64,000 nucleotides of DNA from an uncultured Actinomycetes bacterium (GTDB lineage Bacteria > Actinomycetota > Thermoleophilia > Gaiellales > Gaiellaceae): positions 201,543 through 265,542 of the forward strand of contig CAWAAD010000004.1 in the NCBI GenBank assembly GCA_963779895.1, read 5' to 3'. A program made the translations under genes and the position numbers. Under the pieces are notes generated by a model, which did not search any database, was not told the DNA's origin, and saw only the letters and a program-made list of their open reading frames with translations. Below, piece after piece: positions 11,964 through 24,404 of this stretch (the first letter of the stretch is position 1; each line of letters starts with the position of its first letter).

Positions 11964-14900
11964 GTGCAACGGCCTATTCTCGCAAGCGTGAGGACGTGTC
12001 CGGCCTGTCGCCGGGAGAACGCGGACGGCGCTCGCTTCTGCGTGGCCTGCGGCACGCCTCTCGTCGCGATCTGCTCCGAGTGCGGCGCGGAGATTCCGCC
12101 CGGCGCGGGCTTCTGCCCCGCCTGCGGCGCTCCCGCGGGGCCTGTTCGCGCGCCGGCCGGCGAGGAGCGCAAGGTCGTGACCGTCCTCTTCGCCGACCTC
12201 GTCGACTCGACCAGCCACGCCGAGCAGCTTGACCCGGAGGACGTGCCGGCGATGCTCTCGCCGTACTTCGTCCGGGTGCGCGCGCGAGATCGAGCGTTGC
12301 GGCGGCACCGTGGAGAAGTTCATCGGCGACGCCGTGATGGCCGTGTTCGGCGCGCCGGCCGTGCACGAGGACGATCCCGGAGCGGCGCCGGGCGCGCGCG
12401 CGTTCGGGAGGCAGTCGGCGAGCTGAACGCGGGCTCAGCGTCGATCTGCACGTGCGGATCGGCGTCAACACCGGCGAGGCCGTCGTGTCGCTCGGCTCCG
12501 ACCCCAGGGCGGCGAGGGAATGGTCGCGGGAGACGTCGTCAATACGTGTGCGCGGCTTCAGACCGCGGCCCCGGTTGACGGGATCCTCGTCGGCGAGACG
12601 ACCTACCGGGCGACCGCGGGAGCCGATCGAGTACCGCGAGCACGCCGCCGGTCGAGGCGAAGGGCAAGGCCATCCGGTGCCGGTCTGGGAGGCGGTGGAG
12701 CGGGCTCGAGGAGGGCGCCGCGCCGCGGACCGCGACGCCGCTCGTCGGGCGCTGGCGGGAGCTGAGCCAGCTACTCGACGCGCTCGTCCGGGTCCGGAGG
12801 AGGAGCGCGCCCGAGCTCGTGTCGCTCGTCGGGGTGCCGGCATCGGCAAGACCCGGCTCGCCCGAGAGCTCGTGGCCGCGGCCGAAGCCGAGCCCGGGGT
12901 TCGCGTCATTGGCGCCTTGGACGCTGCCTCCCCTACGGCGACGGCGCTCGTTTGGGCGCTGGCCGAGATGGCGCGCTCGGAGGCGGGGATCCTGAGACGG
13001 CGACTCGGAGGAAGAGGCTGGCGCGAAGCTCCGGGCGAGCAGTCGAGCAGCTCCCCGGCGAGGCCGCGGCTGGCTGGCTCGAGGCGCACCTGCGCCCGCT
13101 GGTCGGTCTCGAGGGCGAGGCGCCCCGAGCGGCGCGAGGACTCGTTCGCGGCCTGGCGACGCTTCTTCGAGGCGCTCGCGGAACGGCGGCCGCTCGTCCT
13201 CGTCTTCGAGGACCTGCACTGGGCCGACCCGGGAGTGCTCGACTTCGTCGACCACCTCGTCGACTGGTCGAGCGGCGTGCCGCTGCTCGTTCTCTGCACG
13301 GCGCGTCCGGAGCTGCTCGAGCGCCGGCCCGACTGGGCCGGCGGGAAGCCGAACGCGATCACGATCTCGCTCTCGCCCCTCTCGAACGACGAGACCGCAG
13401 AGCTCGTCGCGGCGCTGCTCGGCGAGCTGCCGGCCGGCGCCGCCGAGCCGCTGCTGCGCAGGCCGGCGGCAACCCGCTCTACGTCGAGGAGTACGCGCGG
13501 ATGCTCGTCGAGCGCGGGTTCCTCGTCCGCGAGCAGGGGTTGTGGCGGGTGGCCCGGCCGGACCTGCCGCTCCCGGAGTCGGTGCAGGGGACGATCGCCG
13601 CCCGCATCGACGGCCTTCCACCGGACGAGAAAGCCCTCCTGCAGCAGGCGGCGGTGGTCGGCAAGGTCTTCTGGCTCGGAGCGGTCGCCGCCGCGGGCGG
13701 GCTCGAGCGCACGCGGGCGGAGCAGCTCCTGCACTCGCTCCAGCGGAAGGAGTTCGTTCGCCGCGAGCGCCGCTCGTCCGTCGCCGGGGAGGTGCAGTAC
13801 TCCTTCCGGCACGTGCTCGTCCGGGACGTCGCGTACGGCCAGCTCCCGCGCGCGAGGCGCGCCGAGGCGCACGTCGCCGCCGCGGCGTGGCTGGAGTCCG
13901 TGGCCGGCGGGGGCGACGAGCTGGCCGAGCAGCTCGCGCACCACTACACGTGCACCCTCGAGCTGCACCGTGCCCTCGGCTACGACATCTCCGAGCTCGC
14001 CGCCCGCGCAGTCGACGCGTTCCACCAGGCCGGCGAGCGGGCGCTGAGTGCGAACGCCTACGAGGCCGCGGGAAGGTTCTTCGCCGCCGAGCTCGAGCTG
14101 AGGCCCGAAGACGACGCCCGGCGACCGTACGCACTGCTGGGTCTCGGCGAGGCGCGCTCCCACGCCGAAGGAAGCGGGACAGCCGAGCTCGAGCAGGCCT
14201 ACCGGGCCCTCGAAGCCGCCGGAGATCGCGAGGCCGCGGCGGAAGTCGCCTCGGCGCTCGCGCCGATCCTTTGGGCGCGCGGCGAGGCCGACAAAGCGGC
14301 CGAATGGCGGACCTGCGCGGCCGAGCTGGTCGCCGACCTGCCGCCGTCCCGAACGAAGGCGTTGGTGCTGAGCCGGCTCGCAAGCCTGCACAGCGTCCGC
14401 GACGAAGCCGAGGAGGCCGTTCGGCTCGGAGAGGCCGCTCTCCAACTCGCGGAGGAAGTCGGCTCCGACGAGGTACGGGCCCGTGCCCTGGGAGCACTCG
14501 CCAACGCGCGCACGCAGACCGGCGACTGGTCCGGCTTCGACGACTACGCCCTCAGCGTCGAGATCGCGACCCGGCTCAAGTTGCCCGATGCGATCGTGAG
14601 CCTCATCAACTACGCAGGCTCGCGCATGGCCTTCGGCGATCTGAACGGCGCCTTCGAGCTCCAGGCGCAGGGCCGCGAGCTGGCGCGCGAGCTCGGTGAG
14701 AGCCGCTATGCAGCGTGGCTCCACGCGGAGCAGGTCAGCGAGAACTTCTGGCAGGGACGCTGGGACGATGCGCTCCGGCTCGCCGACGAGGTCGTCGAAG
14801 CCGCCGCGGGTGGCGCCGCCGGCTACATGGAGATCCCCGCGCGGCTGACCCGCGCTCGGATCCTGTTCGACCGCGGACAGGAGCGCGAGGCGCTCGAGGA

Positions 14901-15366
14901 TGTCGAGCTCGCACTCGCCAACGCGCTCGAGATCGGTGAGATCCAGGTCGTCGTTCCGGCCCGCGCCCTACGGGCACGCATCCGGGTTGGGAGCGATCCG
15001 GCGGCGGCCGAGACAGACCTCGCCGATGCGATCGAACGCATCCGCGGTAGAGAGGTCTGGGCGAGCTACGCCTGGGCGGACATCGGGGTCGTGCTGGCGG
15101 CGCTCGGACATCCGTTCCCGGACCTGACAGCCACAAGCCGCTGGATCGAGGCGGGGCGCGCGTTCGGGGTCGAGCCGCTCGCGGCGGCCGAGCTCTACGG
15201 TGAGATCGGCTCGCGCCCCGACGAGGCCTTCGCCCGGCTCCGCGCAGCCGAGCAGCTCCTTACCGGAGGAGATGCCGGGGCTGCGGAGGCGCAGCTCATG
15301 CGCGCTCGCGTCTTCTACCGCGCTGTTCGCGCGGAGGCCCGCCTCGACGCTGCCGGCGCGTTCTAA
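11964..15366 (+). CDS. Multidomain signalling protein: double zinc ribbon + class III adenylate/guanylate cyclase + STAND/AAA ATPase + TPR-like repeats (N-terminal third frame-disrupted)
   Basis: [41 protein letters not shown], then [37 protein letters not shown]. The Walker A is G(V)[13 protein letters not shown] long helical-repeat C-terminus is intact in ORF 12952-15366. Confidence 0.85.
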
Positions 15367-15677
15367 CCCGGGTCTCTGGGCCTGGCGCGCGCCTTCAGCC
15401 AGAGGAAATTGACGGTTGCGTGGCGTCCCGGCTCGACGGAAGCGAACTTGAGGCGCTTACCAACAGCCAGGAAGTGGTCCGGCCCAACGAGCTTCAGCCC
15501 GTGGCTCGGCGTCGGCTTCTTGCCGTCGAAGGTGACCCGAATGGCCGGGCTTTCGACCGATAACGCCATCGCGTCGGTACCTTCCGGGGGCGTGACGGTT
15601 TGGACGTCGTTCGGCCCGGTCGATCTCGCGGACGCCGTTCCGATCGGGTCGTAGGTGATGCCACCGGCGATGTGCAT
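15363..15677 (-). CDS. Hypothetical protein
   Basis: A 104-aa ORF with a strong RBS (GGGAGGAACG before the ATG). It is convergent with the cyclase gene and overlaps its stop by 4 nt. No family recognised. Confidence 0.45.
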   Translation of the reverse strand: MHIAGGITYDPIGTASARSTGPNDVQTVTPPEGTDAMALSVESPAIRVTFDGKKPTPSHGLKLVGPDHFLAVGKRLKFASVEPGRHATVNFLWLKARARPRDPG

Positions 15678-15785
15678 CGTTCCTCCCAGGTTGCGGCAAG
15701 CCAGAGTCTAGAGCGCCGGCGCCGCCGAAGCCAGCCACGGGCTCGCCAGGTTTCTTCCCCCACGGCAGCGTGGAACACGTGAGGC

Positions 15786-16588
15786 ATGCCTCCGCACTGG
15801 GCAGTCGTCGCCGGTTGGATCTTCCTCGGACTCGGCTTCGCGAGCGCGCTCGTCATCGTCGTCGACGAGCTCGTACTGGGGCGCCGCCAGCACATGTGGA
15901 TCATGAACCTCGTCCACCCGATCACCGCGCTCTACTGGGGGCCGGTCTGGCTCTGGGCCTACTTCGCTCACGGGCGCAGTTCGTCTGGCCCCGCGTTGCG
16001 CGAGGAGGCGGCACGGCTCGCTGGCTCCGGCGCCGACCCCGAGGAGCTGGAGCGGCAGGGAAACTCGACCGAGCCCGCCGACCTGCGCGCGTGGCACGTG
16101 GCGAACGCCGACTCGCATTGCGGCGCCGGCTGCACGCTCGGCGACATCGCCGGGGAGTGGACGGTGTTCGCGCTCGGGCCGCTGACGTTCGCGGGCGCGA
16201 CCGTCTGGCCGGAGCTCCTGCTCGACTTCCCGCTCGCCTGGGCGTTCGGGATCGTCTTCCAGTACTTCACGATCGTCCCGATGCGCGAGGACGTGGGCAA
16301 GCTGAAGGGCCTCTGGCTCGCGATCCGCGCCGACACGCTCTCGATCGTCGCCTTCCAGCTCGGTCTCTTCGGCTGGATGATCCTCTCGGCGAAGGTCATC
16401 TGGCAGCCGCCGCTGCGCATCGACACGCCGACGCACTGGTGGATGATGCAGGTCGGGATGATCCTCGGCTTCTTCACCGCCTACCCGGTCAACCGCTTCC
16501 TCGTGCGGGCGGGCTGGAAGGAGAAGATGGACGACCGCACCCACCTCGCCGAGCACGTCCGCAGGCTGCGCGAGCCGCTGCCGGCGGC

Positions 16589-16592
<4 letters not shown>
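15786..16592 (+). CDS. DUF4396-family integral membrane protein
   Basis: Intact 268-aa ORF with multiple TM helices and the characteristic SHCGAGCTLGD motif. Confidence 0.65.
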
Positions 16593-17630
<1,038 letters not shown>

Positions 17631-17638
<8 letters not shown>

Positions 17639-18960
17639 CCTGTTTTCGCTTTCTCCGGACGTAGCCTTCCTTGTTTTCCTGGCGCTGGCGTGCGACCGCG
17701 AGGGCTTCCGGAGGAACATCTTTCGTGATCACCGATCCGGCACCGATCCAAGCATCGTCGCCGATCTCGACCGGCGCGACAAATGCATTGTGGACGCCGG
17801 TCCTGACGTTGCGGCCGATCTTCGTGCGGCCCTTGGGCCTGCCCTCCTCGTGCGGGAAGTTGACGGTGATGTTGCCGGCGGCGATGTTCGTATCCTCGCC
17901 GATCTCGGCGTCGCCGATGTACGAGGAGTGCGGCACCTTCGTCCGCTCGCCGATGCGTGAGTTCTTGATCTCCACGAACGCGCCCGCCTTTGCCCCGGCC
18001 GCCAGAACCGTTCCAGGGCGAACGTAACAGAACGGGCCCACCAGGGCACCGGGGCCGATCTCGGCGTCGACGAGCACCACGTGCGGGCCGATCTCGGCCC
18101 CCTCGGCGACCCGGGTGGCGCCCCTGAGAACGGTGAAGGGATGGATGGTCGAGTCGGGCTCGAGCTCGACGGACGGGTCGATCCAGGTGCTCTTCGGGTC
18201 GACGATCGTCGCTCCCGCGAGCATGTGGGCCTCGTTGATCCGGTCGCGCAGGACGGCTGCGGTCGCGGCCAGCTCCACGCGCGTGTTCACGCCGACCTCG
18301 GCGTCGTCCGCGTCCTGGCAGACGGCCACGCGTTCGCCCGCCGTGACGAGGTCGCGGACCGTGTCCGTCAGATAGAGCTCGCCCTGTTTGTTCTCCGGCG
18401 CGAGCCGCTCGAGCGCCGGCCAGAGCGTTGCCGCGTCGAAGACGTAGATGGACGAGTTGATCTCCGTGAGCGCGAGGTCGTCCTCGCTCGCGTCCGCCGC
18501 CTCGACGATCGCCTGGAGCGTCCCGTCCGGGCCGCGGACGATGCGCCCGTACCCGCCCGGGTCGGGACGGTCGAACGAGAGCACTGTCGCCGCCGCCTGC
18601 TCGCAGCGGTGGGTCTGGAGCAGCCGTCCGAGGGTCTCGGGCGTGATCGTCGCTGCGTCGCCGCTGACGACGAGGACGTCGCCTTCGAACCCTTCGAGCG
18701 CCTGACGCGACGCCGCCGCGGCGTCCCCGGTTCCGCGGGGCTCCTTCTGCACCGCGACCTTGACGCCTTCGAAGGCGTCTTCCGTGCCGGGCGAGGTGAC
18801 GACGACGAGCGGATCGGGCGCGAGGGGGCGGACAGCCTCGATCACCCAGTCGACGAGGCGCCGACCGAGCAGCGGGTGCAGGTGCTTCGGCGTTCGCGGA
18901 TCGCATTCGCGTCCCCAGACCTGCCGCGAGGATGACGGCTGCGGGCGGCCGGTCGCGTCA
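17631..18960 (-). CDS. glmU: Bifunctional GlmU (UDP-GlcNAc pyrophosphorylase / GlcN-1-P acetyltransferase), N-terminus frame-disrupted
   Basis: ORF 17631-18845 carries the hexapeptide-repeat LbH domain and the sugar-nucleotidyltransferase core. The N-terminal AAVILAAGLGTRMRS / PKHLHPLLGRRLVDWVIEAV is tiled over two other frames up to the ATG at 18960. Confidence 0.92.
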
Positions 18961-18963
18961 TAG

Positions 18964-19034
18964 CTGGGGCGCCAGGATTCGAACCTGGGATCGCGGGACC
19001 AAAACCCGCTGCCTTACCACTTGGCTACGCCCCA
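18964..19034 (-). tRNA. tRNA-Gln (anticodon UUG)
   Basis: The reverse complement folds as a cloverleaf: acceptor TGGGGCG/CGCCCCA, anticodon arm GCGGG-TTTTGGT-CCCGC (anticodon TTG), T arm CCAGG-TTCGAAT-CCTGG. No encoded CCA. Confidence 0.9.
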
Positions 19035-19048
19035 CCGAGGAAAGCAGC

Positions 19049-19423
19049 TTAGCCCCGGTCTGAGAGCAGGAATAGGAGCGCGATCGCCGCGAAGACGGCC
19101 GCCGTGACCAGCGCGAGCCAGTAGAGCAGGAACGAGAGAATCACGACGACGACCGCGAGCGACTGGGAGGCCCCGCCGATCCAGGAGAGCTGGCGGGCGG
19201 TGTCCGAGCGCGCGTGCCGGCCCCAGACCACGTAGATAGCGAGCAGCGGAATCGCGAGTGCAATCACGACCCACCGCGAGTAGTGCGTGAACGCGACGAT
19301 GATCCCCTCGCCCACAGCGATCCAGAGCGAGAACTTGATCCGGTTCGACCGAAGCCAGCGGCCCGCCCTCGTGCTGCGGGGCTCGATCGACGCGGTCGGC
19401 TCGAGGGGCCTGTCGGTGGCCAT
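19049..19423 (-). CDS. Hypothetical integral membrane protein
   Basis: Intact 124-aa ORF with 3-4 predicted TM helices (FSLWIAVGEGIIVAF, VVIALAIPLLAIYVVW, LAVVVVILSFLLYWLALVTAAVFAAIALLFLL). Confidence 0.55.
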   Translation of the reverse strand: MATDRPLEPTASIEPRSTRAGRWLRSNRIKFSLWIAVGEGIIVAFTHYSRWVVIALAIPLLAIYVVWGRHARSDTARQLSWIGGASQSLAVVVVILSFLLYWLALVTAAVFAAIALLFLLSDRG

Positions 19424-19426
19424 GCG

Positions 19427-20245
19427 TCAACCGTACCAAGCTGGAACGGTCAACCAGGTGCGCCCGCGCGGGCGCAGCGCGCGCTCGGCTGCCGAGGCGT
19501 GTTCGCGATGGTGGAAGAGCCCGTAGACGACCGGGCCGGCGCCGCTCACGTCGGCCCGGAAGGCGCCGAGCCCGAGCAGCTCATCGGCGAGCGGCGACGA
19601 GGCAAGATCGTTGGGCGGGAGCGCGGCCAGGTCGCGCGGGCGGCGCACCTGCGCCAGAGCTTCCCCGAGCGCCGCGCGCCGTTCCGGGTAGCCCTGCTCA
19701 CCGCCGCGCTCGTCGAACGCCGCGTACACGGCCGCCGTCGATTCCTTGCGGGCCCCGCGCGGCAGCAGCAGCACGACCCAGTAGTCCTGGGGTAGGTCGA
19801 GGGCGGTGAGCTCGTCGCCGCCGCCCTCGCCGAGCTGCGGACCGGTGGCGAGAAAGAAAGGCACGTCCGTGCCGAGCGCGGCCGCGAGCTCGAGGAGGCT
19901 CTCGGTGGGGAGGGGATCGGGAAGCGTCTCATTCGCCAGCCGGAGAGCGGTCGCCGCGTCGGAGCTGCCGCCGCCGAGGCCCGCGGCGACCGGGATGCGC
20001 TTCCAGATCTTCGCCTGCCAGCGCGGCTCGGCGCCCGCCGCCTCGCCGAGGGTCTCCAGCGCGCGCCGGACGAGCGTGTCCTGGGCGAAGCCTTCGACGC
20101 GAAGCGCCGGCGCCGTCTCGATCGCGATCCGGTCGGCGAGGTCGAGCCGCTGGAGCACGGTCGCGACCTCGTGCCGGCCGTCCTCGCGGGGCGGGCCGGC
20201 GACGAGCGCGAGGTTCAGCTTCGCGGTCGCAGGCGCCCGCCTCAC
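19427..20245 (-). CDS. ispE: 4-diphosphocytidyl-2-C-methyl-D-erythritol kinase
   Basis: KLNLAL...IPVAAGLGGGSSDAA (GHMP kinase motif). The GTG start at 20245 overlaps the rsmA stop (GTGA). Confidence 0.88.
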   Translation of the reverse strand: MRRAPATAKLNLALVAGPPREDGRHEVATVLQRLDLADRIAIETAPALRVEGFAQDTLVRRALETLGEAAGAEPRWQAKIWKRIPVAAGLGGGSSDAATALRLANETLPDPLPTESLLELAAALGTDVPFFLATGPQLGEGGGDELTALDLPQDYWVVLLLPRGARKESTAAVYAAFDERGGEQGYPERRAALGEALAQVRRPRDLAALPPNDLASSPLADELLGLGAFRADVSGAGPVVYGLFHHREHASAAERALRPRGRTWLTVPAWYG

Positions 20246-21027
20246 CGCCCGAGCTCCTGGGTGAGCGCGACGAATTCCGGCGGCGTCAGCTCCTCGGCGC
20301 GCGAGCCCGGATCGCGTCCGATCGCCTCGAGCGCGGCGGCGGCTTGGTCGCGCGCGGCGCGGCCGGCCAGCTCCAGCGAGTTCGCGAGACGCTTGCGCCT
20401 GTGCGCAAACGCGGCGGTCACGGTCTCCTTGACGCCCGGGTACGACTCGGAGAGAGCGCCGCGGCGGCGGAAGGCGACCAGGGCCGAGTCCACGTTCGGG
20501 CGTGGACGGAAGACGTTGCGCGAGACCGGGTGGAGCCCGGTCCGCTCGGCCGCGAGCTGGACGAGCACCGAGACGGCTCCGTAGGCCTTGGTCGAGGGCT
20601 CGGCGAAGAACCGGTCGGCGACCTCGCGCTGCACCATCACGCACCAGCGCTCGACGCTCGGGAGGCCGTCCAGGCTCTCGACCACGAGCGGCGTCGCGAT
20701 GTTGTAGGGCAGGTTCGCGACGAGCTTCCGCGGCGCGGGTTCGAGCGCGGCGAGATCGATCGCGAGGGCGTCGCCGAACACGAGCTCGACGTTCTCCTGC
20801 TCGCCGAGCCGCTCCGCGAGGGGCGCTGCCAGAGAGCGGTCGAGCTCGACCGCGTGCACGTGCGCGACGCGATCGGCGAGGTAGGCGGTCAGGACGCCGA
20901 GCCCCGGGCCGATCTCGAGCACGACGTCGCCGGGACCGAGCTCCGCAAGCCGGCCGATGACGCCGAGGATGTTCTCGTCGGCGAGGAAGTGCTGCCCGAG
21001 CCGCTTCTTGGCCGCCGGCCGGCTCAC
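20242..21027 (-). CDS. rsmA: 16S rRNA (adenine1518/1519-N6)-dimethyltransferase
   Basis: LGQHFL, VLEIGPGLGVLT, LVANLPYNI. The GTG start at 21027 overlaps the tatD stop. Confidence 0.92.
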   Translation of the reverse strand: MSRPAAKKRLGQHFLADENILGVIGRLAELGPGDVVLEIGPGLGVLTAYLADRVAHVHAVELDRSLAAPLAERLGEQENVELVFGDALAIDLAALEPAPRKLVANLPYNIATPLVVESLDGLPSVERWCVMVQREVADRFFAEPSTKAYGAVSVLVQLAAERTGLHPVSRNVFRPRPNVDSALVAFRRRGALSESYPGVKETVTAAFAHRRKRLANSLELAGRAARDQAAAALEAIGRDPGSRAEELTPPEFVALTQELGR

Positions 21028-21770
21028 GAGAGGCCGAAGGCCGCGGTCGCGTTCGCGTCCAACAACGCCGCGAGCGCCGCCGGGTCCTCGCCGCGTGCCT
21101 CGGCCAGCGCGGCGGCCGTGTGGATCACGTTCGCGGGCTCGTTCGGCCGTCCGCGTCTGGGCTGCGGGCTCAGGTAGGGGCTGTCGGTCTCCACGAGCAG
21201 GCGGTCGGCGGGGACGGCGCGAGCCGCCTCGCGCAGCTCCTCGGCCTTCGGGTACGTGACGTTGCCGGCGAACGAGACGTAGTAGGCGCGCTCGAGCGCG
21301 AGCGGCAGCAGCGTAGGGCTCGAGAAGCAGTGCAGCACGACCGTGCCCGGAAAGCCCCCCAGCGCTGCGGCGGTCTCTTCCTCGGCCTCTCTCGTGTGGA
21401 CGACCACGGGCTTGCCGAGCTCCGCCGCGAGCTCGAGCTGGCGGGCGAAGAGCTCGCGCTGACGCTCGCGCGGCGCGTAGTCGCGGTAGAAGTCGAGGCC
21501 CGTCTCGCCGACCGCAACCGCGCGCTCGTCGGCGAGCAGCTCCCGGAGCTCGTCGAGGCGGTCCGCGTCGTCGTCCGCCGCCTGGTGCGGATGGACGCCC
21601 AGCGCGGCCCAGACCGCCGGCTCGCGCCGGGCGAGCGCGAGCGTCTCGCGGCAGGAGTCGAGGCCGGACCCGACCGACACGATCCGCCCGACGCCGGCCG
21701 CCTTCGCACGCGCGAGCAGCTCTTCCGGGGGATCCACGCACCCATCGAGATGTGCGTGCGTGTCGGTCAT
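21024..21770 (-). CDS. tatD: TatD-family metal-dependent DNase/hydrolase
   Basis: MTDTHAHLD, VGETGLDFY, VLHCFS, LVETDSPYL. Confidence 0.9.
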   Translation of the reverse strand: MTDTHAHLDGCVDPPEELLARAKAAGVGRIVSVGSGLDSCRETLALARREPAVWAALGVHPHQAADDDADRLDELRELLADERAVAVGETGLDFYRDYAPRERQRELFARQLELAAELGKPVVVHTREAEEETAAALGGFPGTVVLHCFSSPTLLPLALERAYYVSFAGNVTYPKAEELREAARAVPADRLLVETDSPYLSPQPRRGRPNEPANVIHTAAALAEARGEDPAALAALLDANATAAFGLS

Positions 21771-21823
21771 GCGCAGTCCCCCGTCCACTGCCGTCGAGCC
21801 GGCATGCATTGCTGGATGGGGCA

Positions 21824-23344
21824 CTAAGCCGCGGCTGTGGGCAGGTCGACGCGCGGGAACAGCGGCGACGCGGCCTCGATCCCGTCGGTCTCGGGGGTCC
21901 TGCCGTAGGCGACCCCTTCCAGCCCGAGCTCGACCGGCTGCCGAAGGGCGCCCAGGATCCGGGGCGCCGTCTCCGGCAGGTACGGCGAGAGGGCAACCGT
22001 GACCGCCCGGATGCCGTCGGCCAGGTCGTACAGGACCGAGTCGAGCTCTCCGCTCTTCGTCTCGTCCTTCGCGAGCTTCCAGGGCGCGGCCGTCTCGACG
22101 AAGCGGTTGAGCCGACGCACGACTTCCCAGCAGTCCTCCAGTGCTCCCGTCAGGTCGTATTCGTCGAAGCGCCCGACGAGCTTCGCCCGCAGTTGCTCCA
22201 GCGCCGCGGCCAGGTCCTCGTTGCGCGCGCCCGGCTCGATCCGCCCGCCGCGGTAGCGGGCGATCATCGCGGTCGTTCGCGAGACGAGGTTGCCCAGGTC
22301 GTTCGCGAGCTCCCGCTCGTAGCGCTCGTGGAGTGCCTCGACGGAGGCACTGCCGTCCTGCCCGAACGAGACCGAGCGCAGCGCCCAGAACCGCACCGCG
22401 TCGCTGCCGTAGACATCCACGAGGTCGAGCGGGTCGATCACGTTTCCGAGCGACTTCGAGATCTTGCGCTCGTCCAGGAGCAGGTAGCCGTGCACGAACA
22501 GCTGCTGCGGCACGTCGTAGCCCGCCGAGAGGAGCAGCGCCGGCCAGAAGACGCAGTGGAAGCGGAGGATGTCCTTGCCGAGCAGGTGGTGGGCCTCTGG
22601 CCAGAAGCGCTCGCGCAGATCCTCGCCTTCGCGCGCGTACGTGAGCGCGCTCAGGTAGTTGATGAGCGCGTCGACCCAGACATAGGTGACCTGCTCCTCG
22701 TCCCAGGGGATCGGCACGCCCCAGGGCTGGCCCGCGCGGCTGACGCTGAAGTCCTGGAGACCGCCCTCGATGAAGCTCCGCGCCTCGTTGTAGCGGAAGC
22801 GCGGCAGCACGAAGTCGGGCCGCTCGTCGTAGAGCGCGAGCAGCCGCTCCTGGTAGGCGGAAAGCCGGAAGAAATAGTTCTTCTCCTCGATCCGCTCCGG
22901 CGGAATCCCGTGCTCGGGACACAGCCCGTCGACGAGATCCGCCTCGCTCTTGAACTCCTCGCACCCGACGCAGTAGAGGCCCGAGTAGACGTCCTGGTAG
23001 ATGTCGCCGTTGTCGTAGACGCGCTGGAGGAACTCCTGGACGAAGCGTTTGTGTCCCTCGTCGGTCGTGCGGATGAAGAAGTCGTACTGGGCATCGACCC
23101 GCCTAGGCAGCTCGCGCCAGTCGGCGGCGATGCGGTCGACGTAGGTCTTGGCGTCGAGCCCCTGCTCCTCGGCGACGCGGTACACCTTCGAGGCATGCTC
23201 GTCCGTTCCGGTGAGGAAGAACGTCTCGTCGCCGCGCTGGCGGTGGTGCCTGACGACGACGTCGGCGGCGATGGTCGTGTACGCGTGCCCGATGTGAGGC
23301 GTGGCGTTCACGTAGTAGATCGGTGTCGTCAGGTAGTAGCGCAT
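21824..23344 (-). CDS. metG: Methionine--tRNA ligase (short, type 2 form)
   Basis: Intact from MRYYLTTPIYYVNATPHIGHAYT (HIGH). It has the Zn knuckle CVGCEEF...CPEHG and KISKSLGN (KMSKS). The track ORF extension upstream of 23344 is off-target Arg/Pro-rich sequence. Confidence 0.95.
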   Translation of the reverse strand: MRYYLTTPIYYVNATPHIGHAYTTIAADVVVRHHRQRGDETFFLTGTDEHASKVYRVAEEQGLDAKTYVDRIAADWRELPRRVDAQYDFFIRTTDEGHKRFVQEFLQRVYDNGDIYQDVYSGLYCVGCEEFKSEADLVDGLCPEHGIPPERIEEKNYFFRLSAYQERLLALYDERPDFVLPRFRYNEARSFIEGGLQDFSVSRAGQPWGVPIPWDEEQVTYVWVDALINYLSALTYAREGEDLRERFWPEAHHLLGKDILRFHCVFWPALLLSAGYDVPQQLFVHGYLLLDERKISKSLGNVIDPLDLVDVYGSDAVRFWALRSVSFGQDGSASVEALHERYERELANDLGNLVSRTTAMIARYRGGRIEPGARNEDLAAALEQLRAKLVGRFDEYDLTGALEDCWEVVRRLNRFVETAAPWKLAKDETKSGELDSVLYDLADGIRAVTVALSPYLPETAPRILGALRQPVELGLEGVAYGRTPETDGIEAASPLFPRVDLPTAAA

Positions 23345-23349
23345 CGCTC

Positions 23350-24404
23350 TCAATGATACGAGCCGCCTTCGGAGCGGCCGTTCGGCGCCGCCCGAACAGA
23401 AGCCGGATACAGGCGAGCAGGAGCGCGCAGAGGATCGTCGCGAGCGCGGTGTCGCGGAGGCCGTGCGAAACGGACTGGGTCCGCCCCCGAGAAAGCCCGG
23501 CAGGCGCGGGCCTCCAGAGGCCGGCCGCGACGACCGCGCCGCGCGGAGAAGGCGCTCGTGAGAGCGCACCAGCACGCGCTGTCGCGGTGCGCCTGGACGC
23601 TCGCTCGGCCCGCCGGATCGGGCGGGACATCTCGCGGGCGCGAGACCGTTCCTGCGCAGCCGGCACCGCGTGAGCGCCGGCGCGCACGGTCGCCTGCGGT
23701 GGGCTCGCGGCGCGGGTGGCGGGCCGTCGCAGGGGCCGCGGGCTCGCGGCGCTCGCCGCAGAAACCGGCGCCGGAGGCCTGCGAAAACCCCGCCTCCTCG
23801 CCACCGCATGGACGCGCAACCGGACGGGCGGACCCTCTGCCTCGCCGATCGGAGCAGGCGGGGGCACGACACCCGTAGGGGCGGGAGGCTCGAGCGGAGC
23901 CGGGTCGGGAGGCGGCGGAGGCTCCTCCGCGGGCGGCGGCGCAACCTGCTGAGCGGGCAGAAGGAGGAGGGGGTCGAGGTAGCCCTGCCGGTCCGGGGTC
24001 AGCCGGACGCCGAGGTGGACGTAGGGCTCCGAGGGTCCACCGCCTCCGCCCGAGCCGACGGTGCCGACCACCGCGCCTTCGGAGACGGCCTGGCCGCGCC
24101 GCACCGAGTAGGAGCCAAGCTGCACCAGCGTGACCGAATACCCGTCCGGCGTCTGGATCGTCACCGTCTTGCCGCTCGCGGGGACCGTCCCTGCGAAGGA
24201 GACCGACCCTGCAACGGGCGCGAGCACCGGTGTGCCGGTCGCAGCTCCGATGTCGATCCCGCGGTGCTGCCCTGGCTCGTATGGGTGATCGCGGTCGAAC
24301 GAAAAGTAGGTGAGCACCGGCCCGGTGACCGGCCAGCTCCAACCCAGCGCGGGCGCCGGGGCAATCAGTGCGGCGGCCAGGGCCGCGGAAACGAGCAGTC
24401 TCAT
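23350..24404 (-). CDS. Secreted M23-family metallopeptidase with Pro-rich linker and C-terminal TM segment
   Basis: Signal peptide MRLLVSAALAAALIAPAPALG, HRGIDIGAATGTPVLAPVAGSV, YVHLGVR, then a PPPAEEPPPPPDP linker and ALATILCALLLACIRLLF. The 3' end is ambiguous: the track frame runs 240 nt into metG, and an alternative frame stops at 23350. Confidence 0.75.

Noticed and set aside
11974-14724. 916-aa and 652-aa minus-strand ORFs (11974-14724 and 12539-14497), plus the 385-aa plus-strand ORF 13542-14699.
   Set aside because: All of them overlap the cyclase-STAND-TPR gene, whose frame carries the Walker A and helical-repeat signatures. The alternatives are Arg/Pro/Ala-rich low-complexity translations.
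23103-23349. A 3' extension of the M23 peptidase ORF running 240 nt into metG.
   Set aside because: An overlap of that length with a highly conserved gene is implausible, and the extension is Arg/His-rich. Read-through caused by an indel is more likely. An alternative frame terminates at 23350.
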